Assembly (NCBI GenBank): GCA_039810425.1
Contig: JBDHWW010000004.1
Coordinates: forward strand, 1 to 64,000
Source of the DNA: Pseudobdellovibrionaceae bacterium
GTDB lineage: Bacteria > Bdellovibrionota > Bdellovibrionia > Bdellovibrionales > Bdellovibrionaceae
Length of the DNA stretch: 64,000 nucleotides
Direction: 5' to 3'
The position numbers were made by a program, and so were the translations under genes. This document shows positions 8,798 to 18,090 of the stretch, piece after piece. Position 1 is the first letter of the stretch, and each line of letters starts with the position of its first letter. Below the pieces are notes generated by a model that worked only from the letters and a program-made list of their open reading frames with translations, was not told the DNA's origin and did not search any database.

Positions 8798-9613
8798 ATG
8801 CAAACACTTTTTTATGTGTCTTTGAATGGTGGCCACGTCGGCCCGTATTCTGTAGAGACGATCGTACAAAAAATCGAAGCCGGCGAGCACGTATGGACAG
8901 ACTATGTCTATTGTGAAGCGAAAGCGGACTGGGTTGTTGCAATGGAGCACCCGAGCTTTGCAGATAAATTCCAATCATCCAGCGCAAAAGTACCTGCGGT
9001 AAAAAAAGAAGAGCATACTGTTAGCGGCGCTGCAACTTCGAAGCAGGATGATAAATTCAAAGAAAAGGCATGGTATATTTTGAAAGAGGGTAATAATTAC
9101 GGCCCATTCTCAAAACTGGAACTCGTGCAGATGCTTCAAGAAAAAACTATGTTTGAATACGATTATGTATGGCATTCAAAATTGAATGCGTGGAAACGCG
9201 TCGCGGAGCTTGAGGAATATTCTCCTGAATCGATCCGTGCGATGAAGGAGTCCGGTCTTTCTGAGATCGCTGAAGTCTTTTTCCGCCGTCGTCATGCACG
9301 CGCTTCTTATGGCTGCTCTTTGATTGTTCATAACAACAAGACTGTCTTTAAAGGCCGCAGCATGGAGATCAGCTCTGGCGGTGCGGGCATCATGATTGAT
9401 AATCCAAATCTTCAACCGGGCCAGAACTTGTTCTTGCACTTCCAGCCGGGTGATGGCGTACCTCCATTCAATGCGGTTTGCACGGTCGTTAGCAAGCAAA
9501 TGGTTAAAGACACAAAGAGTGCACTTGATTCCGTGAAATATGGCGTGAAATTCACCAGCATCAGCCAGTCTGTGCGTGAATCGATCCGTCAGTTCACACA
9601 AAAAGCCGCTTAA
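8798..9613 (+). CDS. Tandem GYF_2 (DUF4339) + PilZ domain protein
   Basis: Two GPY/GPF...VW...W modules; RRRHAR and EISSGG PilZ motifs. Confidence 0.85.
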   Translation: MQTLFYVSLNGGHVGPYSVETIVQKIEAGEHVWTDYVYCEAKADWVVAMEHPSFADKFQSSSAKVPAVKKEEHTVSGAATSKQDDKFKEKAWYILKEGNNYGPFSKLELVQMLQEKTMFEYDYVWHSKLNAWKRVAELEEYSPESIRAMKESGLSEIAEVFFRRRHARASYGCSLIVHNNKTVFKGRSMEISSGGAGIMIDNPNLQPGQNLFLHFQPGDGVPPFNAVCTVVSKQMVKDTKSALDSVKYGVKFTSISQSVRESIRQFTQKAA

Positions 9614-9652
9614 TCAGCGGTTTTTACCGGTGGTTTTTTCATGGAGGATTTT

Positions 9653-10636
9653 ATGGTTCGTGCTTTTGCAATGGGTTTGGTTCTCGCGGCGACATTGGTT
9701 CAAACGGGCTGTGGAAACGGGGCAGCCACCCGATACGACCTCGATTCAACCGGACAGAATTTCGGGCAGAAAATCCTTTACAATAACAAAGTTGATATCG
9801 TTTTCATCGTCGATAACTCGACATCAATGGCGCAACACCAAAACCGTCTGAACTCTCAAATGCCGACGTTGGTTTCCGCGCTTCAAAGTTTGAAGATGGA
9901 CTACCATATCGTTTCTATCTCGACGAGTATGGGCTTGGATGGCAACGGTGGGCAGTTCTTGGGTTCACCGAAAGTGCTGACTCCGGCGACTCCTAATTTG
10001 CAAGCTCTTTTACAACAGCGAATCGCCTTGGGTGACACGGGCTCGAACAACGAGCGCGGCCTTTACTCGATGGAAACGATCCTGTCTCCATCATATCTGA
10101 CGACGGAGGGTCAGGGCTTCTTGCGCGATGAAGCGCTCCTTGCGGTGATTGCCCTGAGCGACGAAAACGATAAGAGTGGAAAAACCGCGAGTTACTATGC
10201 TTCGTTCCTTGATAAGCTTAAACCAGCGGATGCTGAAGGCCGCAAATCCTGGATTTTCAATTTTATCGGTGTGCTAGAGAATTCCAGTGCCTGCCGTACC
10301 TTCAATGACTACTCTGAAGTGGGCACAATCCATATGCAGTTGGCGGATATTTCCGGCGGCAATAAAGAGTCGCTGTGTTCTAACAGCCTGGCTTCGGCAG
10401 TCACAAATATCAAAGCGCGTATCGTCCAAATTTTGACGGACTTTTATTTGAAGACAAAGCCAATCAAGACGACTTTGAAAATCGCAGTGAATGGCGTTTT
10501 AGTACAGGAAGATGCTAACAACGGTTGGACTTACTTTGAAGAAGACGGCAAGTACATTATTCGCTTCCATGGCAATTCGATTCCACCAGCCGATGCCGAC
10601 ATCCGCGTGGATTTCACGCCGACTGAGAACGGCTAG
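9653..10636 (+). CDS. vWA-domain lipoprotein
   Basis: Lipobox QTGC; MIDAS DNSTS; LSDEND; GGAGG RBS. Confidence 0.8.
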   Translation: MVRAFAMGLVLAATLVQTGCGNGAATRYDLDSTGQNFGQKILYNNKVDIVFIVDNSTSMAQHQNRLNSQMPTLVSALQSLKMDYHIVSISTSMGLDGNGGQFLGSPKVLTPATPNLQALLQQRIALGDTGSNNERGLYSMETILSPSYLTTEGQGFLRDEALLAVIALSDENDKSGKTASYYASFLDKLKPADAEGRKSWIFNFIGVLENSSACRTFNDYSEVGTIHMQLADISGGNKESLCSNSLASAVTNIKARIVQILTDFYLKTKPIKTTLKIAVNGVLVQEDANNGWTYFEEDGKYIIRFHGNSIPPADADIRVDFTPTENG

Positions 10637-10656
10637 CCTTCTCGATAGTTTTTTGC

Positions 10657-12600
10657 CTAGAAGAAACGATAGAGCATCAAAAAGCTCTCATCGCTATCGA
10701 ATTCATGGGTATACCGTGCACCGAGGTTCCACTGGCGGGCCATGTGATATCGCAGCTCCGTAGAGAAATGGTACGCATCCTTTTGTTGCTTCACCGCCTG
10801 CGCCAAGTAACCACCTTCGAGTGACCACTTGAACGGATCCCCCAGCTTGATCAATAGTCCCAGTGTCGGCCCGGCCGCGACCTTATAAGGGCGGCCCAAA
10901 AAGTGAACATCAGCATAGGCCTGGCCGTCTAACATTGCATAACCCAAGAAGCGCTGGGACCCATCCAAGAAGGCTGAATAGCCATAGCCGAAGCCAAGAC
11001 CTGGAGCCAGGCAATCGGTCTCGCAGGCGCCTTGCAGGAAGCGAATAGCACCAATATGGATTCGCCACGACGCCTTTTTTAAGAAAATACTCCAGGGGTT
11101 CAGCGCGGCCACTCGGAAGAAGTCAAAACGGTCTAATCGCGAATAATGGGTTTCAAGGTCATGTTGGCCTGCGAAGTTGAAGAACTCCAATTGGGAAAAC
11201 TCCGGATAACCTTGGTGGGAATCCAGTAAGTCATGCAAAGCAAAACGAAACTCAAACTGCATTGCCTGGTGAGTGAGATAGTTGCTGCCGCCACCAATCG
11301 CCGCCCGCGCGGAGTTATGGCCCAAATCCGGTCTTTCTTTTTCTGGTAGAGTCGGACTAAAGGCCTCGCTGGTTTTCGGAATCGAAGCGCGCGCCATTAA
11401 AATGCCGTTTTTTATTTTTGCCCCAGGCGACTGAGTATCAATCATGTTTTCAGGATAAACCACATCGAGGTAGTCTAACGCCGTATCGAGTAAAGCGATG
11501 CGGCGTTCCTCTTCTGGCGCGGTGATCGTCTGCAGATTCAAATCCTGCATGTAACTACGGAAGATCTGCTGATTGCCGGGATCCAACTTATTGTAGCGCT
11601 GAATAAAAACACTGCGAATTGAAGGACGGAAAGTCACGTTGGTCACGAGGCCCGGTTCTTCGTTCAGTGCTTTTATCGAATCAGATGGAATCACATAGTA
11701 GGGTACCCGTTCCATCGTGTGGTATCTAGGGGCCGCGGCATCAATCACCGTCAGCATCAAGTAAGCGCAGTTCTGCGTGAAGAAGTAATAATCAAAATAC
11801 GAATTGCCGATCTCCCAAAGGTGGCGGGCCACCATGTCGACCTCTTCGGGAGTGAGGTTCAAATCATAGGACCACAGATCACGAGACTCGAAATCATTGT
11901 ACTCACGCACTTTGTAGTAATACGGTAAGTTGGTGAAAACCCCTTCGAAAAACCCGGCCAAACCGAAAATCGCGTAAAGGGCGGGATTTGAAACCGTCAC
12001 TTGGGCTGCATACCCTACTCCGTGATCCAGCAGTTCGCTGCGTTGGCCATTCGGGCCTGGCTTTTTATTTAGGCGGAAAAAAGTATGGCCAAATGCCGAT
12101 CCTGGGCTGTTGGCATAGTAAGAAGAAAACACAAAGCTCAATGAGTGAATATCAATTACTGCGCGATAACGCTTGTACATCGCGCATCGTTGAAGAACGG
12201 GATCCTGGTCCTCCGAGGGGCCTTGCAGGTTCAATTGCTTCTTAATCCAGTAAAGACGGGCAGGAAAACGACAACGCAAATCTTGATTAATGTCGCTTTC
12301 ATTAGTCGGAGCATAAATCGCTGCTAGCAAACTTTCCAACTCGGCTTGCGGGGTGGTGCGGCCCTCAGGGCTGGTAAAAAAATTTTTGTCAGCGATATCG
12401 CTCTTCCATAGACCTAATAGAGATTTTTTATAGTGACCGAGCAGAATCCACTGCCGCTGTTCTGCCAGATTCAATTCGCGCGATTTTTTAACGGCTTCAT
12501 CCAGAGATGGTGACCATGCACTAACTTGGGCTTCCACCAAAGGAGAGAAAAAAAGAATAGAACTAAAGAAAACTAAAATTGCACACTTCATTTTGGTCAT
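10657..12600 (-). CDS. DUF4105 (Lnb-like, permuted papain fold) protein with probable C-terminal beta-barrel
   Basis: Signal peptide; CRFPAR, SAFGHT, YYFFTQNCA, FRPS motifs; terminal Phe. Confidence 0.85.
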   Translation of the reverse strand: MTKMKCAILVFFSSILFFSPLVEAQVSAWSPSLDEAVKKSRELNLAEQRQWILLGHYKKSLLGLWKSDIADKNFFTSPEGRTTPQAELESLLAAIYAPTNESDINQDLRCRFPARLYWIKKQLNLQGPSEDQDPVLQRCAMYKRYRAVIDIHSLSFVFSSYYANSPGSAFGHTFFRLNKKPGPNGQRSELLDHGVGYAAQVTVSNPALYAIFGLAGFFEGVFTNLPYYYKVREYNDFESRDLWSYDLNLTPEEVDMVARHLWEIGNSYFDYYFFTQNCAYLMLTVIDAAAPRYHTMERVPYYVIPSDSIKALNEEPGLVTNVTFRPSIRSVFIQRYNKLDPGNQQIFRSYMQDLNLQTITAPEEERRIALLDTALDYLDVVYPENMIDTQSPGAKIKNGILMARASIPKTSEAFSPTLPEKERPDLGHNSARAAIGGGSNYLTHQAMQFEFRFALHDLLDSHQGYPEFSQLEFFNFAGQHDLETHYSRLDRFDFFRVAALNPWSIFLKKASWRIHIGAIRFLQGACETDCLAPGLGFGYGYSAFLDGSQRFLGYAMLDGQAYADVHFLGRPYKVAAGPTLGLLIKLGDPFKWSLEGGYLAQAVKQQKDAYHFSTELRYHMARQWNLGARYTHEFDSDESFLMLYRFF

Positions 12601-12631
12601 AAAAAAACTGCACTGTTTTCACAGTGCAGTT
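12601..12631 (-). terminator. Intrinsic terminator between DUF3015 and DUF4105 genes
   Basis: 11-bp stem AACTGCACTGT/ACAGTGCAGTT with T7 tract on the minus strand. Confidence 0.8.
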
Positions 12632-12656
12632 ATGAATCGCCGTTGTGGCTTAGGAA

Positions 12657-13163
12657 TTAACCCAAGTGGCACTGACTGGCAACCTGTGAATCATTCATGA
12701 TCACAGAAATGATGCTATCTGTAACGATGTTAGTTTGCGCATCGTTTACGAAGATTTGGTTGTAATTTGCTTTAAGTACGCGGCCCATTTCGTGGCTTTG
12801 TACATTGCAACCCATAACTTGAGTCAATGCGTTCAATGTTTCGCCGTCGCCTTTAGCTACATCTGCAGACAAAGCAGCACGGTTTGTAACGATGAATTTA
12901 TCCATGTTCATCGCAACTTCGTTTGTTGGTCCGTCAACGCAGTTCAAAGTACCGAATGTGATACCGAACAATTGGTTAGAGAAAGTACCATTCGTGGTCG
13001 CAGCGAAAATTTGAGCGCCGCGTTTTCCGATAACTACTGAACCCAACCCGCAACCAGCCATGCCATATTCGCGATTGAAGGATGCTGATTTGCCAGCGGC
13101 GAAGCTGGTGGATACTGCCAAAGAAGAAAGAAGAGCCGAAGCCAATACGATAATTTTTTTCAT
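12657..13163 (-). CDS. DUF3015 family secreted protein
   Basis: Signal peptide; YGMAGCGLG, ATTNGT, FGITFGTLNC, DVAKGDGETL. Confidence 0.88.
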   Translation of the reverse strand: MKKIIVLASALLSSLAVSTSFAAGKSASFNREYGMAGCGLGSVVIGKRGAQIFAATTNGTFSNQLFGITFGTLNCVDGPTNEVAMNMDKFIVTNRAALSADVAKGDGETLNALTQVMGCNVQSHEMGRVLKANYNQIFVNDAQTNIVTDSIISVIMNDSQVASQCHLG

Positions 13164-13188
13164 GTGTAAGTCCTTCTCTACTTTCGAA

Positions 13189-13662
13189 TTAGATTAAAGC
13201 TTGGCATGAAGCTGCCGCGCCTTTATCATTTTTAATTGTGGTTTTCATAGAACCTTTGATATCCGCAGAAGCTGGAGTTGCAAAGATTTGGTGATAGTTT
13301 TGTTGAAGCGCGCTGCCAACTTGTCCTGCGTTATTACAGTTCCAAATAGTCAAAAGACCGGCTAAAGTTTCACCTTGGCCGCGGGCAACGTCCTCTTGCA
13401 AAGCAATTCTGTTTGCTTCGATGTACACATCAGCTGCAGCGTTGCTACCGGCTTCGTAGCAGTTTGATGTGCCAGAAGTGATTGCAGAAGTTTGTGGCGA
13501 AATAAGGTTGTTCAAGATACCTGCAACGATTTGCACTTTGCCTGGTTGGTCAGCAAATACCAAAGCGCCGATTCCGCATCCTGCCATTCCGTATGGTTGA
13601 GCGGCGCTAGCTGCACTTGCGCTCAAACCCAATAGTCCGATAATAACGATTTTTTTTAACAC
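13189..13662 (-). CDS. DUF3015 family secreted protein (paralog)
   Basis: YGMAGCGIG, ITSGTSNC, DVARGQGETL; GTG start. Confidence 0.88.
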   Translation of the reverse strand: MLKKIVIIGLLGLSASAASAAQPYGMAGCGIGALVFADQPGKVQIVAGILNNLISPQTSAITSGTSNCYEAGSNAAADVYIEANRIALQEDVARGQGETLAGLLTIWNCNNAGQVGSALQQNYHQIFATPASADIKGSMKTTIKNDKGAAASCQALI

Positions 13663-13856
13663 TTGTTGTTCCTTCTAAATTAGTGTTTCAAGGTATTCCA
13701 TATCGAAAGGTTTACTAAAGCAAGAAAACTTCATGACAATGTCATTGAATACCTGACCAGGCTTGTCATGTTGGTTTTACTTTGTAATGTACACCTCCTT
13801 GCACCTAGTCTTTTAATTCTGTTTCGACTTATGCATGATATTCCTATGGAGGAACT

Positions 13857-14126
13857 ATGAAATTGAATCTACTTTTTGCAGCATCATTGACGCTGCTTAC
13901 TTTTGCAGCAACCGCAAAGGAGTCAAAAACAACCCAACCCGCCGCAGCTCCAGAAAAGAAAGATTGGGTGAGCACATTCAAGTGTGAGAAGTTCAACGGC
14001 AGTCTTGGCGACTTGAAGCTCAAAATGATCGAGACCTGTGACCTTGATCGCAGCTTCAGCAGTTCGCTGACGCGCGCGGTAGCCGGCGAAGATATCTATT
14101 TGTTCTGCTGCCACAAATCCAACTAA
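13857..14126 (+). CDS. Small secreted protein with four Cys
   Basis: GGAGG RBS, signal peptide, C-terminal FCCH. Confidence 0.75.
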   Translation: MKLNLLFAASLTLLTFAATAKESKTTQPAAAPEKKDWVSTFKCEKFNGSLGDLKLKMIETCDLDRSFSSSLTRAVAGEDIYLFCCHKSN

Positions 14127-14136
14127 AGAGAGTTCC

Positions 14137-14973
14137 ATGCTTCGTATTTTACTTGCGGCTTTGATGAGCATCCTTCTCGGCGGATGCTCATCTCTTTTAT
14201 ACTACCCCACGCAGGGAAAGTATTTTGACCCTGGGCGCATCCCCCTTAAGTACGAGGATCTTTTTATCACCGGCCCAGAGGGCAAAAAAATTCATGCTTG
14301 GTACTTTCCGAGCGTGGGACCGAACAAAGGCACGTTTCTGTACTTCCACGGTAATGGTGAAAACCTCACGTCGCATTTCATTAGCCTGTTTTGGCTTCCG
14401 GCGATGGGGTATAGTTACCTGATCTTTGACTATCCCGGCTACGATCAGTCCGAGGGCGAACCCACGCCGCTGTCGACAGTGGCTGCCGGAAAAGAAGTGC
14501 TGCGGTGGTTACATACAAATAAAAATACCGGGCCTATTTACATTTATGGTCAAAGCCTTGGCGGTAATATCGCCCTTCGTGTCGTGTTGGATATGAAAAA
14601 TGAAGTCCCCATCAAAGCCGTCGTCGTCGACGGTTCCTTTGCCTCTTACCAAAGTGTCGGTCGAGCAATCTTAGCTAAGCATTGGCTCACTTGGTTGATC
14701 CAACCGCTTCCTTATTTGGTGCTGAGTGATAAGTATGCTCCAAACAACTTGCAAGGCTTGCCACCAGTTCCTCTTCTCGTGATTCACGGTGAGTTGGATA
14801 ATGTTATTCCTGTCAATGAAGGCAAAAAACTGTTCGCTGAAGCCAGCGAGCCCAAAAAGCTCTGGATTCTGCCCGAGGGGCATCACGGGGATTCCTTCTT
14901 CACTGAAAAGGCCCGCTACCGTCAGGAGTTGATGGAGTATCTAAACTCGCTTCCAGCGACGACCACAAATTAG
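14137..14973 (+). CDS. Alpha/beta hydrolase lipoprotein
   Basis: Lipobox LGGC; FHGNGEN, GQSLGG, HGELD motifs. Confidence 0.9.
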   Translation: MLRILLAALMSILLGGCSSLLYYPTQGKYFDPGRIPLKYEDLFITGPEGKKIHAWYFPSVGPNKGTFLYFHGNGENLTSHFISLFWLPAMGYSYLIFDYPGYDQSEGEPTPLSTVAAGKEVLRWLHTNKNTGPIYIYGQSLGGNIALRVVLDMKNEVPIKAVVVDGSFASYQSVGRAILAKHWLTWLIQPLPYLVLSDKYAPNNLQGLPPVPLLVIHGELDNVIPVNEGKKLFAEASEPKKLWILPEGHHGDSFFTEKARYRQELMEYLNSLPATTTN

Positions 14974-15001
14974 AACACTCACCAGTAGTGTCGTTTTTTT
15001 C

Positions 15002-15017
15002 TGGCATGGGCATTGCT
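15002..15017 (+). promoter_or_regulatory. Sigma54 -24/-12 promoter
   Basis: TGGCAT-GGGCA-TTGCT (GG-N10-GC). Confidence 0.75.
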
Positions 15018-15078
15018 TGATACAGCTGTGCTCGAAAAACTCAGTGGCATTTTGCCACAGCCTTAGAAAGGAACCACT

Positions 15079-15792
15079 ATGAAAAAATTGTTAGTAGCAT
15101 TGCTCGCAAGTTCAATGTTCTTCAACACGGCTTGTACGGATGACGAAGTTGCGGCCGGCGCTATCGGAGCGGCCATCGGCGTTGGCATCGCTGTCGGCGC
15201 AGGCGGTGACCACCATCATCAGGATCGCCGACCTCCGGGGCGCTATCCCGGCCCAAATTACGGTAGCCCACGAAATGAGCGCGGACCAGGTTACGGCCGC
15301 GGACCAGGGTATGGACCAGGTCGGCCTCGCCGGGGCTATTCTGCTGATGTCGCTTTGGCCTCTTCAGACGTGTTTGACGCTGCGGTCGGTGCGAATTCTC
15401 AGACCGTTGATTTTGCAAGCAAGTACGGAATCTCTGAGGCGGCAGCTGCAAAAATCGAAACAGCATTTGCAAATGTTGAAACTCAGGGCCTTGCTTCTTT
15501 CGAAGCGATCGGTTTGAAGAAGGCCGACTTGAACGACCTTGTGAAACGTGAAATTCCCGATGCTGAGTCTTTGAAAGCCGTCGCGGGTAAACTCGATATG
15601 TCGCAAGCTCAAGCACGCGATCTCATCAAAGAGTTGATCAAAAACTTTGAGGCCGAGGCCGCTAATGTGGGCAGTAACTACTGGCAGTCTTGCATGGCCA
15701 AAGGCAACTGGAAAACTCCACAAAATATTTATTGTAAATCTACGAGTTGGAATGGCTGCGCACCGGCAACAGGCGCTTCTCTTTGCCTCTAA
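15079..15792 (+). CDS. Lipoprotein with glycine zipper and GPGY repeats
   Basis: Lipobox NTAC; AAGAIGAAIGVGIAVG; GPGYGRGPGYGPG; Cys-rich C-terminus. Confidence 0.8.
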   Translation: MKKLLVALLASSMFFNTACTDDEVAAGAIGAAIGVGIAVGAGGDHHHQDRRPPGRYPGPNYGSPRNERGPGYGRGPGYGPGRPRRGYSADVALASSDVFDAAVGANSQTVDFASKYGISEAAAAKIETAFANVETQGLASFEAIGLKKADLNDLVKREIPDAESLKAVAGKLDMSQAQARDLIKELIKNFEAEAANVGSNYWQSCMAKGNWKTPQNIYCKSTSWNGCAPATGASLCL

Positions 15793-15814
15793 TTTTTAGG
15801 GCACCCCTTAGTTG

Positions 15815-15847
15815 TGGGGAGGGCTGGGGGCTCTCCCCATTTTTTTT
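15815..15847 (+). terminator. Intrinsic terminator
   Basis: TGGGGAGGGC/GCTCTCCCCA stem followed by T8. Confidence 0.8.
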
Positions 15848-15848
15848 G

Positions 15849-16292
15849 CTAAATATGCACGACAAAGACGCCGTCAAGTTGGGCGCAGATTTTGCCTTTG
15901 CACAGGACTTGGACTTTCATGAGCTCGCGGACTTTTTTCCAGCGGCTCAGGCAATAGAAGAACTTCTGATAGAGCTCCGGATTTTTAAATTCACAAATCA
16001 CATCGAAATCCTCAACCACCGGGTGTAGATATTTGATCTCGCCCTTTTGAATGACAATATGGTTCGTCTGGATATTTTCTTTATCAAGGCCCAGGTAAAC
16101 CAAACTATAGGCTGCCAGCACCGACAGGGTATAAAGACTGCCGCCGAAGGCTGTGCTTTTATGATTGATATTTTCTTTCAAACGGGCCCGGAGGTGGACC
16201 TTTTCGGGACTGGCTTCGAGGATTTCAAATCCCAAGTGCTGGGTTAATGGTATGTCCGTCGTAAGCTTTTTATAGAGCTGTTCTTTATTCAT
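15849..16292 (-). CDS. YiiD C-terminal-like hotdog (thioesterase) protein
   Basis: IPLT...NINHKSTAFGGSL motif; start overlaps upstream ABC stop. Confidence 0.82.
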   Translation of the reverse strand: MNKEQLYKKLTTDIPLTQHLGFEILEASPEKVHLRARLKENINHKSTAFGGSLYTLSVLAAYSLVYLGLDKENIQTNHIVIQKGEIKYLHPVVEDFDVICEFKNPELYQKFFYCLSRWKKVRELMKVQVLCKGKICAQLDGVFVVHI

Positions 16293-18090
16293 AGGTCTCT
16301 CCGGTTTTAGCTGCCGCCGCTTCCGGTTTCGCAGTTTCGCCAAGGCCGGTGCTGGCAAGCTGATAGTAAACACCACGGCGGTTCATTAGTTCCGCGTGCG
16401 GGCCGACTTCGATGATCTCACCGTCTTTGAGGACCACAATGCGATCGCATTCACGCACGGTCGATAGGCGGTGAGCGATAATAATACTCGTACGGCTTTT
16501 CATCACTTCCTGAGTGGCTTTTTGCAGAATCAATTCGCTTTCAGAGTCGATATTCGCAGTGGCTTCATCGAGGATGAAAATATCCGGATTGAATGCCAGG
16601 ATCCTTGCAAAGGCGATCAACTGGCGCTCACCAACGGAAAGGTTCGCTCCGCGTTCTTCGACCGGGGATTTTAAGCCGCGCCCCGTGCGCTGAAGCAGTT
16701 CCAAGTAACCTGTTTGCGCCAATGCGCGCTCAACCGCCGCAAGATCCATCGTCGGATCGCCCAGGCTGACATTTTCCGCAATCGTGCCACGGAAAATAAA
16801 GTTGTCCTGCTGAACCACGCCAATGTGCGAACGGATGGCGTGGCGGGTGATGCATTCCAACGGCTTCCCATCGATGGTCATGGTATTTGCCGGAGCATCG
16901 TAGAATCGCTGCAACAGGGAAATAAAGGTGCTTTTGCCGCTACCGGTGCGGCCTACAAGGGCGATCGATTCACCGGCGCGAATATCAATATTAATATTTT
17001 TCAAAACGAGTGGCAGGGACTCTTCATAGCGGAAGTTCAAGTCTTTAATGGCAATCTCGCCACGCAGCCCGGAGACCTCTTCGGCATTTTTAAGCTCGCC
17101 TTCGATGGGTTCATCTAAAAGTGTGAAAATACGCTCTGCGCTGGTGAGAGAGTTCTGAAACTGCTGATACTTTTCAAGAATATCACGCATTGGCGGGATA
17201 AAGTCCTGGGCATTCATCATAAAGGCCACAACCGCGCCGATCGTGAGAGCGTTTCCAGAAGATAACCAACCACCGAAATACATCGCCGCTGAAATTGTCA
17301 CCGCCGTAAAGCAATTCATGATTGGAAACATTGCCGCATAGGCGTGAACCGAATCCATATTGCTTTGACGGTAGTCGTCAGAAAGATCCTGGAAGGTTTT
17401 TAGGTTCTTCGGCACGCGGTTATAGAGTTGGACCACTTTGATGCCATTCAGGTTTTCCGCCAGGAAAGAGTTGATATTTGAAAGTTTTTTCTTTTGGTCG
17501 CGCAAAATATCACGGATACGATCGCTGAGTTTTATAGCGGCAAAAATGAAAACCGGCGCCGCTGCAAGCGTAACCAATGTGAGCTTCACTGAAATCAAAG
17601 ACATGGCAATGATGATCGCAATCATCGTGACCACATTGACAAAGATATTGATCACACCATCCGTAAACAGATCACCAAGAGCGCTCACATCATTCGCGAT
17701 GCGCGTGACCGTGCGGCCGGTGGGTGTTTTATTGAAATACTGCAATGGCAGGCTCTGTGTGTGGCGGATCAGATCTTCGCGCAAGTAATAGAGGACGCGG
17801 TTTCCCAGGGCCTGGAACATATAAGTCTGCGAGAAACTCAAAATCGTGCGAGAAAACTCCAGTGCCAAATAGATCAGCGCGATCGTCTTAAACAGTGAAA
17901 TGTCTTTCGCGACGACCCCGTGGTCAATCGCATAGCCGATAATATATGGAATCAAACGCGAAATCCCGGTCAGGACCACGATGATCAGAATCACACTGAG
18001 GAACATCCATGGATGGCGGCGAGTGTAGGGCCACAGCCGCTTAAACATCACAGGGTAGGTGACCGTGGTCTTAATAAGATCTTCATTCAT
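16285..18090 (-). CDS. ABC exporter half-transporter (MdlB/YheH-like)
   Basis: TMD plus NBD; GRTGSGKS, LSVGERQL, ILDEAT. Confidence 0.92.
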   Translation of the reverse strand: MNEDLIKTTVTYPVMFKRLWPYTRRHPWMFLSVILIIVVLTGISRLIPYIIGYAIDHGVVAKDISLFKTIALIYLALEFSRTILSFSQTYMFQALGNRVLYYLREDLIRHTQSLPLQYFNKTPTGRTVTRIANDVSALGDLFTDGVINIFVNVVTMIAIIIAMSLISVKLTLVTLAAAPVFIFAAIKLSDRIRDILRDQKKKLSNINSFLAENLNGIKVVQLYNRVPKNLKTFQDLSDDYRQSNMDSVHAYAAMFPIMNCFTAVTISAAMYFGGWLSSGNALTIGAVVAFMMNAQDFIPPMRDILEKYQQFQNSLTSAERIFTLLDEPIEGELKNAEEVSGLRGEIAIKDLNFRYEESLPLVLKNINIDIRAGESIALVGRTGSGKSTFISLLQRFYDAPANTMTIDGKPLECITRHAIRSHIGVVQQDNFIFRGTIAENVSLGDPTMDLAAVERALAQTGYLELLQRTGRGLKSPVEERGANLSVGERQLIAFARILAFNPDIFILDEATANIDSESELILQKATQEVMKSRTSIIIAHRLSTVRECDRIVVLKDGEIIEVGPHAELMNRRGVYYQLASTGLGETAKPEAAAAKTGETYE

